A stretch of DNA of 64,000 bases from Prochlorococcus sp. AG-347-I21 (GCA_003279055.1 QCBP01000006.1:4704-68703), one strand, 5' to 3'; positions 49,017 to 60,228 are shown, numbered from the stretch's first letter. The notes: generated by a model from the sequence alone, not told the origin. Made by a program: numbers and translations.

Positions 49017-52000
49017 ATGACTATCAGCGATAAAATCAGAATTTACGAACTTTCCAGAGATTTAAATCTGGAAAACAAAGATATATTGGATGCCGCTCAA
49101 AAACTTTCAATTTCAGTAAAAAGCCATAGCAGTTCTATTAGTGCAGAGGATGCAAAAAAAATAAAGAATCTTATTAATACAAAGAATTCAGACAAAAAAA
49201 TACTTTCCATTAATAAACCTTCGATTAAAAAAAATAACTATGTCAAAAACGAACAATCATCTCCTGCAAATGGGAAACCTTTCAAAGATAATTCAAATAA
49301 AAAGCCATTATTAATAAAACCTCTTAATAAACCTGAGAGTCTCAAAGTAATTTCTAATAAACCTAAAAATCCTAACAAACCCATTATCGTTAATACTCCG
49401 CAATCTCAAGCAAACCCTACTAATCAAAATATAAAAAAGAGTAAACCTTCAATAAATTTCAACCAAGATAAAAAAACTTTTCCAAATAACGCTACCCCCC
49501 CTATCAAAAGTCCCTCTAAACCCCCTTTACAATTAATTGCAAAGCCTAAAAATATAAAAAATAATACTAGATCTAATGGTTCTTCAAAGAACAAATTTAA
49601 TTCTGGTGATAATAGACAACTATCAAACAAATCTGGTCAAAACCCTAACAAACCCTTAACAACAAACCTCAATAATAGGACAAAAAATACACCTGAGCTC
49701 GTTGGGGCTCCGATAAGAAGAGACGAATCAAAAACAAATACCAATAAGCAAAATAACAATAGACAAAATATTTCTTTTAAACAAACTGTTCCCAACAGGC
49801 CCGGTGCTCCGAACAGACCTGGCATGCCTAATAAGCCTGTATCAAGAAACAAGCCATCTGATTCAGGCAGACCTGGCTCGTTTAAGAGACAAGATAATCC
49901 CAGCAGAACCGGTGCTCCGAACAGACCTGACATGCTTAATAGACCTGGATTAAGAAATAGGCCATCTGATCTAGGGAGACCTGGCTCATTTAATAGACAA
50001 GTAAATCCTAATAGAACTGGAGCACCTAACAGATCTGGCATGCCCAATAGGCCTGGGTCTAAATTCAATAGTCAAAAGTCACCAGGGTTTAGGAAGCCAG
50101 TATCACCTAATGAACTTTTACAACTTCAAAAAACTAACAATTCTGAGAAGGACAAATTAGTAACAAAGAATAACGAAAAAAATAATATTGAGAAACCTAA
50201 ACAAAAGGTAAAAGCTCCAAATAGCCGTCCAAATGATGCCACTATTTCCAAAAAACCACCCCATAGAACATTTTCAAATAGTTCAAAAAAACCAGGAAAA
50301 ACAGATTGGGACGATAGTGCAAAACTCGAAGCATTAAGAAATAAAAATCCTCAAAAGCAAAGACAGAAAGTTCGTATTATCGGCGAAAATGATGATTCAT
50401 TAACATCAGAAACCAGTGGCTACTCAGGTGAAAAAATTTCAATATTATCAGCTAGTTTGGCTCGTCCAAAGAAAGAAAAGTCCAATGAAACTAAATCTCA
50501 AAAATCTATAAAGCAATTTAAGAAGAAGAAAAAGGAAACCACTAGGCAAAGGCAGAAAAGAAGAGCTATGGAATTAAAGGCGGCCAAGGAGGCCAAACAA
50601 GTAAGGCCGGAAATGATAATAGTTCCCGAAGATAATTTAACAGTTCAAGAATTAGCTGATAAATTAAGTCTTGAAAGTTCTGAAATAATCAAATCTCTTT
50701 TCTTTAAGGGAATTACGGCAACTGTAACTCAATCTCTTGACTTGGCAACTATCGAAACAGTAGCAGAAGAATTTGGAGTGCCTGTTTTGCAAGATGATAT
50801 CCAAGCGGCTGCCGAGAAAACAGTTGATATGATTGAATCTGATGATATTGATAGTTTAATAAAAAGACCGCCTGTTATTACGGTGATGGGGCATGTAGAT
50901 CATGGCAAAACAAGTTTGTTAGATTCAATCAGAGAATCAAGAGTTGCTTCCGGAGAAGCAGGAGGGATAACTCAACATATAGGAGCTTATCAAGTTGAAT
51001 TTCAACATGAATCTAAAAAGAAAAAATTAACTTTTCTTGATACACCCGGTCATGAAGCCTTTACAGCAATGAGAGCGAGAGGTACAAAAGTTACTGATGT
51101 AGCTGTTCTTGTAGTAGCAGCAGATGATGGTTGTAGACCTCAAACACTTGAGGCCATTAGTCATGCAAGAGCTGCAAAAGTTCCAATTGTTGTTGCAATA
51201 AACAAAATTGATAAAGAAGGGGCCTCTCCAGAAAGAGTCAAGCAGGAGCTATCAGAAAAAAATTTAATTGCTGAAGATTGGGGAGGAGATACTGTTATGG
51301 TTCCAGTAAGCGCGATCAAAAAACAAAATATTGACAAATTGCTAGAAATGATTCTACTAGTTTCAGAAGTCGAAGATCTACAAGCCAACCCTGATAGATC
51401 GGCCAAAGGTACCGTGATTGAGGCCCACCTAGATAAAGCCAAAGGACCTGTAGCTACATTGCTAGTACAAAATGGCACCTTAAAATCTGGGGATGTTTTG
51501 GCTGCAGGTTCAGTCCTTGGAAAAATCAGAGCAATGGTTGATGAAAATGGAAATAGAATCAAAGAAGCAGGACCATCATTCCCAGTGGAAGCACTAGGAT
51601 TTAGTGAAGTACCAACAGCAGGGGATGAATTTGAAGTCTACCCTGATGAGAAAGCTGCACGAGCTGTTGTTGGAGAGAGAGCTACAGATGCTAGAGCGAC
51701 AAAATTAGCTCAGCAAATGGCTTCTAGAAGAGTTAGCTTATCATCCTTATCAACGCAAGCGAATGATGGAGAATTAAAAGAATTAAACTTAATTCTTAAA
51801 GCTGATGTTCAAGGTAGTGTCGAAGCGATATTGGGATCACTAGAACAATTGCCAAAAAATGAAGTTCAAGTAAGAGTTCTACTTTCTGCTCCTGGAGAAA
51901 TAACTGAGACAGATATAGATTTGGCCGCCGCATCAGGATCAGTAATCATAGGTTTTAACACCTCGCTTGCTTCTGGAGCAAAAAGAGCAGCTGATGCGAA

Positions 52001-52391
52001 TGATGTTGACATAAGAGAATATGAAGTAATCTATAAACTCCTAGAAGATATTCAATTAGCCATGGAAGGACTACTTGAACCCGATCTGGTTGAAGAATCA
52101 TTAGGTAGAGCAGAAGTTCGAGCAACTTTCGCAGTTGGAAAAGGATCTATCGCAGGCTGTTATATACAAACTGGTAAATTACAACGTAATTGTTCTCTAA
52201 GAGTTATAAGATCAGAAAAGGTAATTTACGAGGGTAATTTAGATTCTCTAAAAAGGTCTAAAGATGATGTAAAAGAAGTAAATACAGGTTTTGAATGCGG
52301 AGTTGGCTGCGATAAGTTCTCATCTTGGAACGAAGGCGACATAATCGAAGCTTTCAAATTTGTGACTAAAAAGAGGACTTTAACTCAATAA
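49017..52391 (+). CDS. infB: translation initiation factor IF-2
   Basis: GTPase motifs [17 protein letters not shown]. 1124 aa with a long low-complexity Pro/Asn/Lys/Arg-rich N-terminal region. Confidence 0.97.
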   Translation: MTISDKIRIYELSRDLNLENKDILDAAQKLSISVKSHSSSISAEDAKKIKNLINTKNSDKKILSINKPSIKKNNYVKNEQSSPANGKPFKDNSNKKPLLIKPLNKPESLKVISNKPKNPNKPIIVNTPQSQANPTNQNIKKSKPSINFNQDKKTFPNNATPPIKSPSKPPLQLIAKPKNIKNNTRSNGSSKNKFNSGDNRQLSNKSGQNPNKPLTTNLNNRTKNTPELVGAPIRRDESKTNTNKQNNNRQNISFKQTVPNRPGAPNRPGMPNKPVSRNKPSDSGRPGSFKRQDNPSRTGAPNRPDMLNRPGLRNRPSDLGRPGSFNRQVNPNRTGAPNRSGMPNRPGSKFNSQKSPGFRKPVSPNELLQLQKTNNSEKDKLVTKNNEKNNIEKPKQKVKAPNSRPNDATISKKPPHRTFSNSSKKPGKTDWDDSAKLEALRNKNPQKQRQKVRIIGENDDSLTSETSGYSGEKISILSASLARPKKEKSNETKSQKSIKQFKKKKKETTRQRQKRRAMELKAAKEAKQVRPEMIIVPEDNLTVQELADKLSLESSEIIKSLFFKGITATVTQSLDLATIETVAEEFGVPVLQDDIQAAAEKTVDMIESDDIDSLIKRPPVITVMGHVDHGKTSLLDSIRESRVASGEAGGITQHIGAYQVEFQHESKKKKLTFLDTPGHEAFTAMRARGTKVTDVAVLVVAADDGCRPQTLEAISHARAAKVPIVVAINKIDKEGASPERVKQELSEKNLIAEDWGGDTVMVPVSAIKKQNIDKLLEMILLVSEVEDLQANPDRSAKGTVIEAHLDKAKGPVATLLVQNGTLKSGDVLAAGSVLGKIRAMVDENGNRIKEAGPSFPVEALGFSEVPTAGDEFEVYPDEKAARAVVGERATDARATKLAQQMASRRVSLSSLSTQANDGELKELNLILKADVQGSVEAILGSLEQLPKNEVQVRVLLSAPGEITETDIDLAAASGSVIIGFNTSLASGAKRAADANDVDIREYEVIYKLLEDIQLAMEGLLEPDLVEESLGRAEVRATFAVGKGSIAGCYIQTGKLQRNCSLRVIRSEKVIYEGNLDSLKRSKDDVKEVNTGFECGVGCDKFSSWNEGDIIEAFKFVTKKRTLTQ
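49801..50060 (+). repeat. in-frame 108-bp tandem repeat (2 full copies plus a partial third) inside infB
   Basis: Copies at 49801..49908, 49909..50016 and 50017..~50060. Copies 1 and 2 start with the identical 21 nt CCGGTGCTCCGAACAGACCTG. They encode the [25 protein letters not shown] units. Confidence 0.9.
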
Positions 52392-52407
52392 TTAAATTCA
52401 TCACTTA

Positions 52408-52644
52408 TTAATCTTTATTCCTATCAAGGAATAATAAAGTAGGAAATAATACACAGGCGCCCAATTGTATAAGAAGATTATTTTGCTGAAGCTCGCTTCC
52501 GCTAGCGATTTTGGACAACATTATAATAAGACCTAAAAAAGCAGAACCACTAAAAGCTATCCACAAAATTTTTCGTAATCCCTTGAAAGGAGCCTGAGAT
52601 TCCTTTAATAATTTCTTCTTTAATTCAGGATCTATTTTTGACAT
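52408..52644 (-). CDS. small membrane protein with two predicted TM helices (conserved hypothetical)
   Basis: 78 aa with a basic N-terminus followed by two hydrophobic stretches (ILWIAFSGSAFLGLIIML, LLIQLGACVLFPTLLFL). Convergent with infB. Confidence 0.6.
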   Translation of the reverse strand: MSKIDPELKKKLLKESQAPFKGLRKILWIAFSGSAFLGLIIMLSKIASGSELQQNNLLIQLGACVLFPTLLFLDRNKD

Positions 52645-52698
52645 AAATTCTTACAGTTATAAAATTAAGTCTATATGAAAAATTCAATATTTAATATT

Positions 52699-52770
52699 GC
52701 CGATATAGCTCAGCGGTAGAGCAACTGTCTCGTAAACAGTAGGCCATTGGTTCAATTCCAATTATCGGCA
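52699..52770 (+). tRNA. tRNA-Thr (anticodon CGU)
   Basis: Hand-folded cloverleaf: acceptor GCCGATA/TATCGGC, D-arm GCTC-AGCGGTA-GAGC, anticodon arm ACTGT-CTCGTAA-ACAGT, variable loop AGGCC, T-arm ATTGG-TTCAATT-CCAAT, discriminator A. 72 nt. CCA is not encoded. Confidence 0.9.
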
Positions 52771-52902
52771 CTTAAAAAGCAAATTAAAACTAGAATGATT
52801 AATAAAATTTTCGTGAGTATTGTCCTAGTATTTTTAATTTCTCCAAATTAGTAATAAAGTAGTTAGATTCTTAAAGAAAATAAATCCATTAAATTTCATG
52901 AC

Positions 52903-54522
52903 ATGAATTTTAATTTGCAGTTCGGAAAATTAAATAAAAAAAATAACCAAAGAAATTATTTTGGAAAAATTCTAACTGTAAGACTGCCATGTAATCCAAT
53001 ATTTCCAATAGGACCTATTTATTTAGCAGACCATATTCATAAATGTTTTCCTGAAATAGAGCAACAATTCATTGATCTAGCAATAATTCCATCCAATAAA
53101 GTTTCCAAATATTTATCTAGAAAAATTGATCAATTTAGACCACATCTAATCATTTTTTCATGGAGAGATATACAAATTTATGCACCTGTTGATGGTAGGA
53201 GTGGAAATCCCCTACAAAACTCTTTTGAAGTTTTCTACTCAAAAAATATCTTTAAAAAAATTAGAGGTTCTTGGGGAGGATTAAAATTAATTGCATCTCA
53301 TTATGGAGAAATATATAGAAATACTTCTTTAGTTAAGATGGGACTAAAAAGAGCACAAAAATACAACAAAAATGTAAACGTAATTTTAGGAGGTGGAGCT
53401 GTTAGTGTCTTCTATGAACAACTGGGGAATCTACTCCCAAAAGGAACTATTATTTCAGTTGGAGAGGGAGAAAATCTCATAGAAAAAATTATTAGAGGAG
53501 ATTCAATAGAGGAAGAAAGATGTTACAGTGCTGGACAAAAACCTCGAAACAAATTAATACATGAACAACCTTCGGGCACTGTTAAAACTGCCTGCAACTA
53601 TAAATATATTAAATCAATATGGCCTGAATTTAATTGGTATATAGAAGGTGGAGAATACTACGTAGGGGTGCAAACAAAAAGAGGTTGTCCTCATAATTGT
53701 TGTTTCTGTGTTTATACAGTTGTGGAGGGGAAGCAGGTTCGCGTTAATCCTGTTAACGAAGTAATCAAAGAAATAAAGCAATTATATGATCTTGGCGTAA
53801 GGGGATTTTGGTTCACAGATGCACAGTTTATTCCAACCAAAAAACATATTGAAGATGCAAAAACACTTTTGAAAGCAATTAAGGATGAAGGCTGGGACGA
53901 TATTAATTGGGCCGCATACATCAGAGCAGATAATATTGATGCTGAGCTAGCACAGCTTATGGTTGATACTGGTATGAGCTATTTTGAAATTGGTATCACA
54001 TCGGGGTCTCAAGAACTTGTTAGAAAAATGAGATTAGCGTATAACCTTGAAACTGTATTAAATAATTGCAGAATGCTAGTCCAATCAGGTTTCAAGAATC
54101 ATGTTTCAGTCAATTATTCATTCAATGTTTTTGATGAAACGCCTAGCACTATAAGACAAACAATTGCTTATCATAGAGAATTAGAAAATATTTTTGGTAA
54201 AGGCCTAGTTGATCCAGCCATATTCTTTATAGGCTTGCAACCTCACACTCTCCTCGAGAAGTACGCCTTGGAACATAAAATTTTGAAGCCAAATTATAAT
54301 CCAATGAGCATGATGCCCTGGACAGCGAGGAAACTTCTTTGGAATCCAGGTTCATTAGGTAAAAAACTTGGTCAGGTTTGCTTAGAAGCTTTTGATAATA
54401 CAGAAGATGAATTTGGCAAAACAGTTATAGACATTCTCGAGAGAGAATATGGGAAGTCATCCTTAAAAGAATCCTTAAAAGTTCGTCCTTTATCAGAAAG
54501 GAAATTAGCTCACTCTAAATAA
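52903..54522 (+). CDS. B12-binding-domain-type radical SAM protein of unknown substrate
   Basis: Radical SAM cluster motif CPHNCCFC (CX3CX2C) about 260 aa from the N-terminus, preceded by a Rossmann-like domain as in class B radical SAM enzymes (BchE/HpnP-like architecture). 539 aa. Confidence 0.75.
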   Translation: MNFNLQFGKLNKKNNQRNYFGKILTVRLPCNPIFPIGPIYLADHIHKCFPEIEQQFIDLAIIPSNKVSKYLSRKIDQFRPHLIIFSWRDIQIYAPVDGRSGNPLQNSFEVFYSKNIFKKIRGSWGGLKLIASHYGEIYRNTSLVKMGLKRAQKYNKNVNVILGGGAVSVFYEQLGNLLPKGTIISVGEGENLIEKIIRGDSIEEERCYSAGQKPRNKLIHEQPSGTVKTACNYKYIKSIWPEFNWYIEGGEYYVGVQTKRGCPHNCCFCVYTVVEGKQVRVNPVNEVIKEIKQLYDLGVRGFWFTDAQFIPTKKHIEDAKTLLKAIKDEGWDDINWAAYIRADNIDAELAQLMVDTGMSYFEIGITSGSQELVRKMRLAYNLETVLNNCRMLVQSGFKNHVSVNYSFNVFDETPSTIRQTIAYHRELENIFGKGLVDPAIFFIGLQPHTLLEKYALEHKILKPNYNPMSMMPWTARKLLWNPGSLGKKLGQVCLEAFDNTEDEFGKTVIDILEREYGKSSLKESLKVRPLSERKLAHSK

Positions 54523-54537
54523 TAAATTCGACTGTTA

Positions 54538-54855
54538 TCAATCCTCTTTCTCAATTGAACTAGAGATTCCTTTAGATTTTAATGATTCAGAATAGAATTC
54601 TGCAGGTTCTAAATCACAAATAATTACCAAACCTACTCCCGTGTTATGTGCCTCAAGCATTATGGCGATAGCATCTTGCTCGCTTAATTGCGGCACAACT
54701 TCTCTTAGTGAAATGGTTACATACTCCATAGAATTAACTGGGTCATTATGCAGCAAAACCTTATATTTTGGAGATTTATTTTTTAATTCAGCAGGTTTCT
54801 TTTCAATCACTGCTGAATTATTACTTACACTTTGTTCTAACTTTATAGGTAGCAT
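54538..54855 (-). CDS. clpS: ATP-dependent Clp protease adaptor ClpS
   Basis: The core YKVLLHNDPVNSMEYV....L is characteristic of ClpS. 105 aa. Confidence 0.9.
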   Translation of the reverse strand: MLPIKLEQSVSNNSAVIEKKPAELKNKSPKYKVLLHNDPVNSMEYVTISLREVVPQLSEQDAIAIMLEAHNTGVGLVIICDLEPAEFYSESLKSKGISSSIEKED

Positions 54856-54887
54856 TAAAATTTCTTAGATTCTAAATTCTACTAATA

Positions 54888-54929
54888 ATTATATATTAAT
54901 TATTCTTTATTATATATTAATTATTCTTT
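54888..54929. repeat. perfect 21-bp tandem duplication (ATTATATATTAATTATTCTTT x2) spanning the dapL stop codon
   Basis: 54888..54908 and 54909..54929 are identical on direct reading. The second copy encodes the last dapL codons plus the stop. Confidence 0.95.
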
Positions 54930-56136
54930 CCATTGCATCAATGACGTTTGATCGTGAGTTAAATGCTGACAAACGAAAATAACCTTCTCCTGCCAATCCA
55001 AATCCACTCCCAGGTGTTCCAACTACACTAACTTTTTGAAGAAGGAAATCAAAAAAGTCCCAAGATGTCATTTGATCAGGAACTTTAATCCAGATATAAG
55101 GAGCATTGTCCCCACCATAAACTTTATATCCTGCATTCTGAAGTTTATTTTTCATAATTTTTGCATTTTCCATATAAAAATCAATTAATCCTTTAACCTG
55201 TTTCTTCCCTTCAAGAGAATAAACTGCCTCGGCTCCTCTCTGAACCACGTAACTTACTCCATTGAACTTTGTAGATTGCCGCCTATTCCAGAGAGGCCAT
55301 AAGTCTATTTCCTCATTTTTTGAACTAAAACCTTTGAGATTTTTAGGTATTACAGTGAAAGCACATCTAACTCCAGTGAATCCTGCATTCTTTGAAAAAG
55401 ATCTAAATTCAATAGCACAATCCTTTGCCCCCTCAATTTCATATATTGAATGTGGAATATCATTATCTTGGATAAATGCTTCATAAGCTGCATCAAAAAG
55501 TATCAGAGATTTGTTTTGAAGTGCATAGTCAACCCACTTTTTCAATTCTTTTTTAGTGATAGTTGCTCCGGTTGGATTATTTGGAAAACAAAGATATAAA
55601 ATATCAACTTTTTTTTCAGGTAGTTTTGGTAGAAAGTTGTTACCCTCATTTATTGCAAGATATGTTAATCCTTGATAAGTACCATTTTCAAGAGCATTTC
55701 CAGTTCTGCCTGTCATAACGTTGCTATCTACATAAACAGGGTAAACAGGATCTGTTACAGCAATTGAATTATCTTTGCCAAGAATATCTAAGATATTACT
55801 ACTATCGCATTTAGAACCATCTGAAACAAAGATTTCTTCAGGTGAAATTTGACAGCCTCTCGAAATAAAATCATGCTCAGATATTTTTTCCCGCAGCCAA
55901 GAATAACCTTGTTCTGGCCCATAACCTCTGAAACCCTCTGTTGTTGCCATGTCATCTAAAGCTTTACCCATAGCCTCTATGCATACTCTAGGTAATGGTT
56001 CTGTGACATCTCCTATACCAAGCTTAATAATCTCAGCACTCTTATTTGATTGAGAATATATTTTTACCCTTTTAGCAATTTCAGGGAATAAATAGCCAGC
56101 TTTGAGTTTTAAATAATTTTCGTTTACTTGAACCAC
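54910..56136 (-). CDS. dapL: LL-diaminopimelate aminotransferase
   Basis: N-terminus [16 protein letters not shown] and the PLP-lysine context [12 protein letters not shown]. 408 aa. Confidence 0.92.
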   Translation of the reverse strand: MVQVNENYLKLKAGYLFPEIAKRVKIYSQSNKSAEIIKLGIGDVTEPLPRVCIEAMGKALDDMATTEGFRGYGPEQGYSWLREKISEHDFISRGCQISPEEIFVSDGSKCDSSNILDILGKDNSIAVTDPVYPVYVDSNVMTGRTGNALENGTYQGLTYLAINEGNNFLPKLPEKKVDILYLCFPNNPTGATITKKELKKWVDYALQNKSLILFDAAYEAFIQDNDIPHSIYEIEGAKDCAIEFRSFSKNAGFTGVRCAFTVIPKNLKGFSSKNEEIDLWPLWNRRQSTKFNGVSYVVQRGAEAVYSLEGKKQVKGLIDFYMENAKIMKNKLQNAGYKVYGGDNAPYIWIKVPDQMTSWDFFDFLLQKVSVVGTPGSGFGLAGEGYFRLSAFNSRSNVIDAMERIINI

Positions 56137-56425
56137 TTTAGATAAAAAATTTAACCAATATAAGAATAATGGATCAACGTGCTTTAGTGGTGATTAGATG
56201 TTAAAATTATTTTAGTTATGATTAAATATTGAGATAATCATAGCTGCGAATTAAATTTCAAATAGTTTTAAAATCGTCTAAAGCTTTATAAATAGTTGAA
56301 TACATTGGATGTTCACTTAATTTTAAAAAATTATTTAATACTAGCTAAAAAAAATTTCTTAAAGGTAAAATTTTTAATCTTTACTTTAGATGATTTGAAA
56401 ATTCAAACCATACATAATTAATTAT

Positions 56426-58252
56426 ATGTCTCAGCAAATTATCATCGCTGAGCAGGCTCGAATTGCAGCACTACTCACGGATGATCGAGTTGATGAATTA
56501 ATCGTCGCACAAGGTCAGTATCAAATTGGTGATATTTTTTTAGGAACAGTTGAAAATGTTCTTCCTGGCATTGATGCAGCTTTCATAAATATTGGTGAAA
56601 GTGAGAAAAATGGATTCATTCATGTTTCAGATCTAGGTCCATTAAGACTCAAAAAGGGAACCTTTGGAATAACTGAATTACTAGAACCAAAACAAAAAGT
56701 TTTAGTACAAGTAATAAAAGAACCAACAGGATCTAAAGGGCCAAGACTAACAGGGAGTATATCAATTCCTGGAAAGTATCTGATATTACAACCATATGGC
56801 CAAGGAGTAAATATTTCCAGAAAAATAAATACAGAAACAGAACGAAGCCGTTTAAAAGCTCTTGGGGTTTTAATAAAACCACCTAGCACGGGTTTACTAT
56901 TTAGAACAGAAGCCGAAAAGATAAAAGAGGAACTACTTATTGAAGATTTAGAAAATTTAATTCAACAATGGGAAAATATTATAAAAGTTTCTGAGACTTC
57001 TAATCCACCAAATTTAATAAAAAGAGATGATGATTTCTCTCTAAAAATTTTGAGAGATCACATAAAATCGTCAACTAAAAGCATAATTATCGATAGTAAA
57101 TTTTCAGTTGAAAGGGCAAAAGATTTTTTAATCAACTATGACTCTAATTTGGATATTGAATTGCATGATAATGATTTAAACCAACACATTTTAGAAAAGT
57201 ATGAAATCAAGAAAACAATTCAAAAAGCTCTTCAACCGAGAGTAGATCTACCATCTGGCGGTTATATAATTATTGAACCAACTGAAGCACTAACAGTAAT
57301 TGATGTAAACTCTGGATCATTTACAAGGTCGGCCAACTCAAGACAAACCGTTTTGTGGACAAATTGCGAAGCAGCAGCTGAAATCTCAAGACAAATGAAA
57401 TTGAGAAATATTGGAGGAGTTATTGTAGTAGATTTTATTGATATGGAATCTAGAAGAGATCAATTACAACTACTTGAACATTTTACTTCAGCAATAAAAG
57501 ATGATTCTGCTAGGCCTCAGATAGCTCAGCTAACTGAATTAGGTTTAGTTGAATTGACCAGAAAAAGACAAGGTCAAAATATATATGAATTATTCGGAAA
57601 GAAATGTCCTACATGCAATGGCACAGGGCATTTAGATAACCTATTTAATTATGAAATTTCAAATCTAACAATTAACAATGTTGAAGAAAAGCCTCCTAAA
57701 TCAAAAACTATAAAACCTTTAAATATAGATACCCCTAAATTAACTGATAAAGAGGAAAAAATAGTTGAAAAGGAATTACTTAACCTCAAGAAGTTAAATA
57801 AAGAGGACTCTTCTAATAAAAAAGAAAATGATAATGAAGATTTGAATACATTAAATTCAAAAGAAAAAAATTTAATAACTGTTGATCTTACTAATGATGA
57901 AAAAATTGTTTTCAGTCAGTTAGGCATTAATCCATTAATAAAGTTAGGGAAGGAATATTTAAGTAGCAATAATTTTGTCCGTTTAAAGGAAAATAATGGT
58001 AACGAAAAAGAAAAAAATTTAGATAATAAAAAAACAACAATAAAACCATTAAAGAAAATCTCAAAATCTAAACAAGAAGAGGATAATGAAACTAATATTG
58101 AAGCCAACTCAAATGATAAAGAGGAACCAGCAACAAAAAATAATGAGAACGGAGAAAATGTATTTTTAGATAAGAAGGATAAAATTGAAGCTACAGATGA
58201 GTTAAACAATGCAAGAAAAAAAAGAAGAAGATCTTCGGCGAGTATTGAATAA
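56426..58252 (+). CDS. rne: ribonuclease E/G family endoribonuclease (cyanobacterial RNase E)
   Basis: S1 domain ([23 protein letters not shown]), DNase-I-like segment (VIDVNSG), Zn-link CPTCNGTG, a low-complexity Lys/Glu/Asn C-terminal half, and an Arg-rich end [12 protein letters not shown]. Confidence 0.93.
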   Translation: MSQQIIIAEQARIAALLTDDRVDELIVAQGQYQIGDIFLGTVENVLPGIDAAFINIGESEKNGFIHVSDLGPLRLKKGTFGITELLEPKQKVLVQVIKEPTGSKGPRLTGSISIPGKYLILQPYGQGVNISRKINTETERSRLKALGVLIKPPSTGLLFRTEAEKIKEELLIEDLENLIQQWENIIKVSETSNPPNLIKRDDDFSLKILRDHIKSSTKSIIIDSKFSVERAKDFLINYDSNLDIELHDNDLNQHILEKYEIKKTIQKALQPRVDLPSGGYIIIEPTEALTVIDVNSGSFTRSANSRQTVLWTNCEAAAEISRQMKLRNIGGVIVVDFIDMESRRDQLQLLEHFTSAIKDDSARPQIAQLTELGLVELTRKRQGQNIYELFGKKCPTCNGTGHLDNLFNYEISNLTINNVEEKPPKSKTIKPLNIDTPKLTDKEEKIVEKELLNLKKLNKEDSSNKKENDNEDLNTLNSKEKNLITVDLTNDEKIVFSQLGINPLIKLGKEYLSSNNFVRLKENNGNEKEKNLDNKKTTIKPLKKISKSKQEEDNETNIEANSNDKEEPATKNNENGENVFLDKKDKIEATDELNNARKKRRRSSASIE

Positions 58253-58826
58253 AATATCAGAAGTTGGAATAGATGAAGTCGGGAAGGGAGCAGTTTTTGG
58301 CCCAGTTTTTTCAGCAGTTGTTGTATTAACTGAAAAAAATAGATTAATCCTAAAGCAATTTGGGGTTCTTGATAGTAAAAAATTAACTACCAAAAAGAGG
58401 AAATTCCTTTTTCCGAAAATTTTATTACTTTCTTCAGATTATGGAATTGGGCAATCTTCTGCCAGAGAAATAGATAAGCTAGGCATCAGAGTAGCAACTG
58501 AACTTTCAATGATGCGAGCTTTAAAAAAATTAAAAAAGGAACCATCTGAACTAATAATTGATGGACCATTATTATTAAGGCCATGGAAAGGAATTCAACA
58601 AAATATAGTATCGGGAGACTCGAAATTTACCGCCGTATCTTCAGCAAGCATAATTGCGAAAGTATCTCGAGACAATCTAATGGAAAGGCTTGAAGAAAAA
58701 TACAGAGGATACTTAATATTTAAAAATAAAGGTTATGGCACTAGAGAGCATCTTTCAATTATCAAAGAAAATGGAATAACTAATCTCCATAGGAAAAGTT
58801 TTTTAAAAAAATCAAATCTTATTTAA
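58209..58826 (+). CDS. rnhB: ribonuclease HII
   Basis: [14 protein letters not shown] catalytic motif near the N-terminus, and DSKKL. 205 aa. The ATG lies 44 nt inside rne; an in-frame TTG at 58245 is an alternative start. Confidence 0.9.
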   Translation: MQEKKEEDLRRVLNKISEVGIDEVGKGAVFGPVFSAVVVLTEKNRLILKQFGVLDSKKLTTKKRKFLFPKILLLSSDYGIGQSSAREIDKLGIRVATELSMMRALKKLKKEPSELIIDGPLLLRPWKGIQQNIVSGDSKFTAVSSASIIAKVSRDNLMERLEEKYRGYLIFKNKGYGTREHLSIIKENGITNLHRKSFLKKSNLI

Positions 58827-59330
58827 TTCACACCAATCTAAAAAATCTTTAACTAATTGCTGTTGAACTCTTGATTTTATACCCAGCAGTATCCCATTTA
58901 AAACCGAATGACCCGTGGATTCCAAAATTTTCTGTGGTACCAACCTTAATAAGGGAGGTTGACTGACAGTTACTCCTAATAGCGCCTCACCTTCTAATCC
59001 AAAATCAGTCGCTTCCAAATTCGCTTTCAAAATAAGATTAAAGTCATCTACAATGCCTAATCCATCCAATGTACTTTCTAAGGCGCTCATTCTTAAGATT
59101 CCATCTTTATTATCTACCGCAATTGAAACAACAGGGTTAATATCTAATTGAAATACCTTAAAACTTGTTACTGTATACTTGTACTGACCATCCCCTTCAG
59201 GTATTAATTTTTTGGAGTCTAGCATTGCTCCTACAACTCTTTCTTCTTCCAAAAGATATTGAGAGAGATATTTTTTATTTCTTGTTACAGAAAGCTTTAG
59301 TTTCTGTTTAGCATCAAAAGATAATAGCAT
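58812..59330 (-). CDS. conserved hypothetical protein (DUF1997-like by recollection)
   Basis: 172-aa non-repetitive ORF, convergent with rnhB (15-nt overlap). Family assignment is from memory only. Confidence 0.55.
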   Translation of the reverse strand: MLLSFDAKQKLKLSVTRNKKYLSQYLLEEERVVGAMLDSKKLIPEGDGQYKYTVTSFKVFQLDINPVVSIAVDNKDGILRMSALESTLDGLGIVDDFNLILKANLEATDFGLEGEALLGVTVSQPPLLRLVPQKILESTGHSVLNGILLGIKSRVQQQLVKDFLDWCELNKI

Positions 59331-59382
59331 TTTCTATGTCCCTCCAATGCCTATTTGATCTCTTTTTTTCTTACAAATAATC

Positions 59383-60228
59383 ATGCGCAAACAAGTTGCA
59401 TATTTAGGTCCTAAAGGGACATTCGCGGAAAAAGCAGCTCATATATTATCAAAGCTTGCAAATTTTCAGACACCTATATTTGTACCATGTAATGGGCTAC
59501 ATTCGGTCATTAAATCAATAGCCCATAACAATTGTGATGCTGCTGTAGTTCCTATTGAAAATTCTGTGGAAGGCGGAGTTACAGCCACTCTTGATGCCCT
59601 TTGGAAATTTCCTGATATATACATTAATAAAGCGATTGTTTTACCCATAAAACATGCATTAATTAGTGATGGAGAACTTTCAATGATTTCAGAAGTATTA
59701 TCTCATCCTCAAGCATTAGCTCAATGTTCAGAATGGTTATCTGAAAATCTTCCAAACGCAGTCCCTCTTCCTACAAATTCAACATCGGAAGCAGTTAATA
59801 TGGTGAAAGGTAGTAAATTTAGAGCTGCCATTGGTTCAAAATCATTAATTCAGGTAGAAGGACTTAAAGAATTAGCCTTCCCTATTAACGATGTCCCAGG
59901 TAATTGCACAAGATTTGTCTTATTAAGCAAAGAATTAAATACTGATTCATCTAATATTGCCAGTTTTGCTTTTTCATTAATCTCAAATAAACCTGGAGCC
60001 TTACTAAAAGCTATTAATCATATTTCAGAATATGGATTTAATATGAGCAAGATAGAGTCAAGGCCCTCAAAGAGAGAGTTAGGAGAATATATAATATATA
60101 TTGATTTAGAAATAAATAATCAAACTAATATAAAAAAATTTCTTAAACTTAAAAATGATCTAAAGCCACTATGCAATAATTTTGTAGATTTTGGGAATTA
60201 TTTTTCTGAAAATATTGAACTTGACTAG
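59383..60228 (+). CDS. pheA: prephenate dehydratase
   Basis: N-terminal VAYLGPKGTF, a TRF motif, and a C-terminal ACT domain with ESRPS. Confidence 0.92.
   Translation: MRKQVAYLGPKGTFAEKAAHILSKLANFQTPIFVPCNGLHSVIKSIAHNNCDAAVVPIENSVEGGVTATLDALWKFPDIYINKAIVLPIKHALISDGELSMISEVLSHPQALAQCSEWLSENLPNAVPLPTNSTSEAVNMVKGSKFRAAIGSKSLIQVEGLKELAFPINDVPGNCTRFVLLSKELNTDSSNIASFAFSLISNKPGALLKAINHISEYGFNMSKIESRPSKRELGEYIIYIDLEINNQTNIKKFLKLKNDLKPLCNNFVDFGNYFSENIELD

Noticed and set aside
49801-50060. Tandem repeats considered as a possible CRISPR-like or minisatellite locus
   Set aside because: The repeats are contiguous with no spacers, in-frame, and inside an intact infB reading frame.
49424-50068. Minus-strand ORFs (49424..49630, 49637..50068) with a repetitive GLLG/PGL translation
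   Set aside because: They are the antisense reading of the infB Pro/Asn/Arg repeat region. Their repetitiveness is simply inherited from the coding-strand tandem repeat.
52699-52902. tRNA-Thr as a possible genomic-island or prophage integration site
   Set aside because: No direct repeat of the tRNA 3' end, no integrase and no compositional shift follows it. The next gene is a conserved radical SAM enzyme only 132 nt away.
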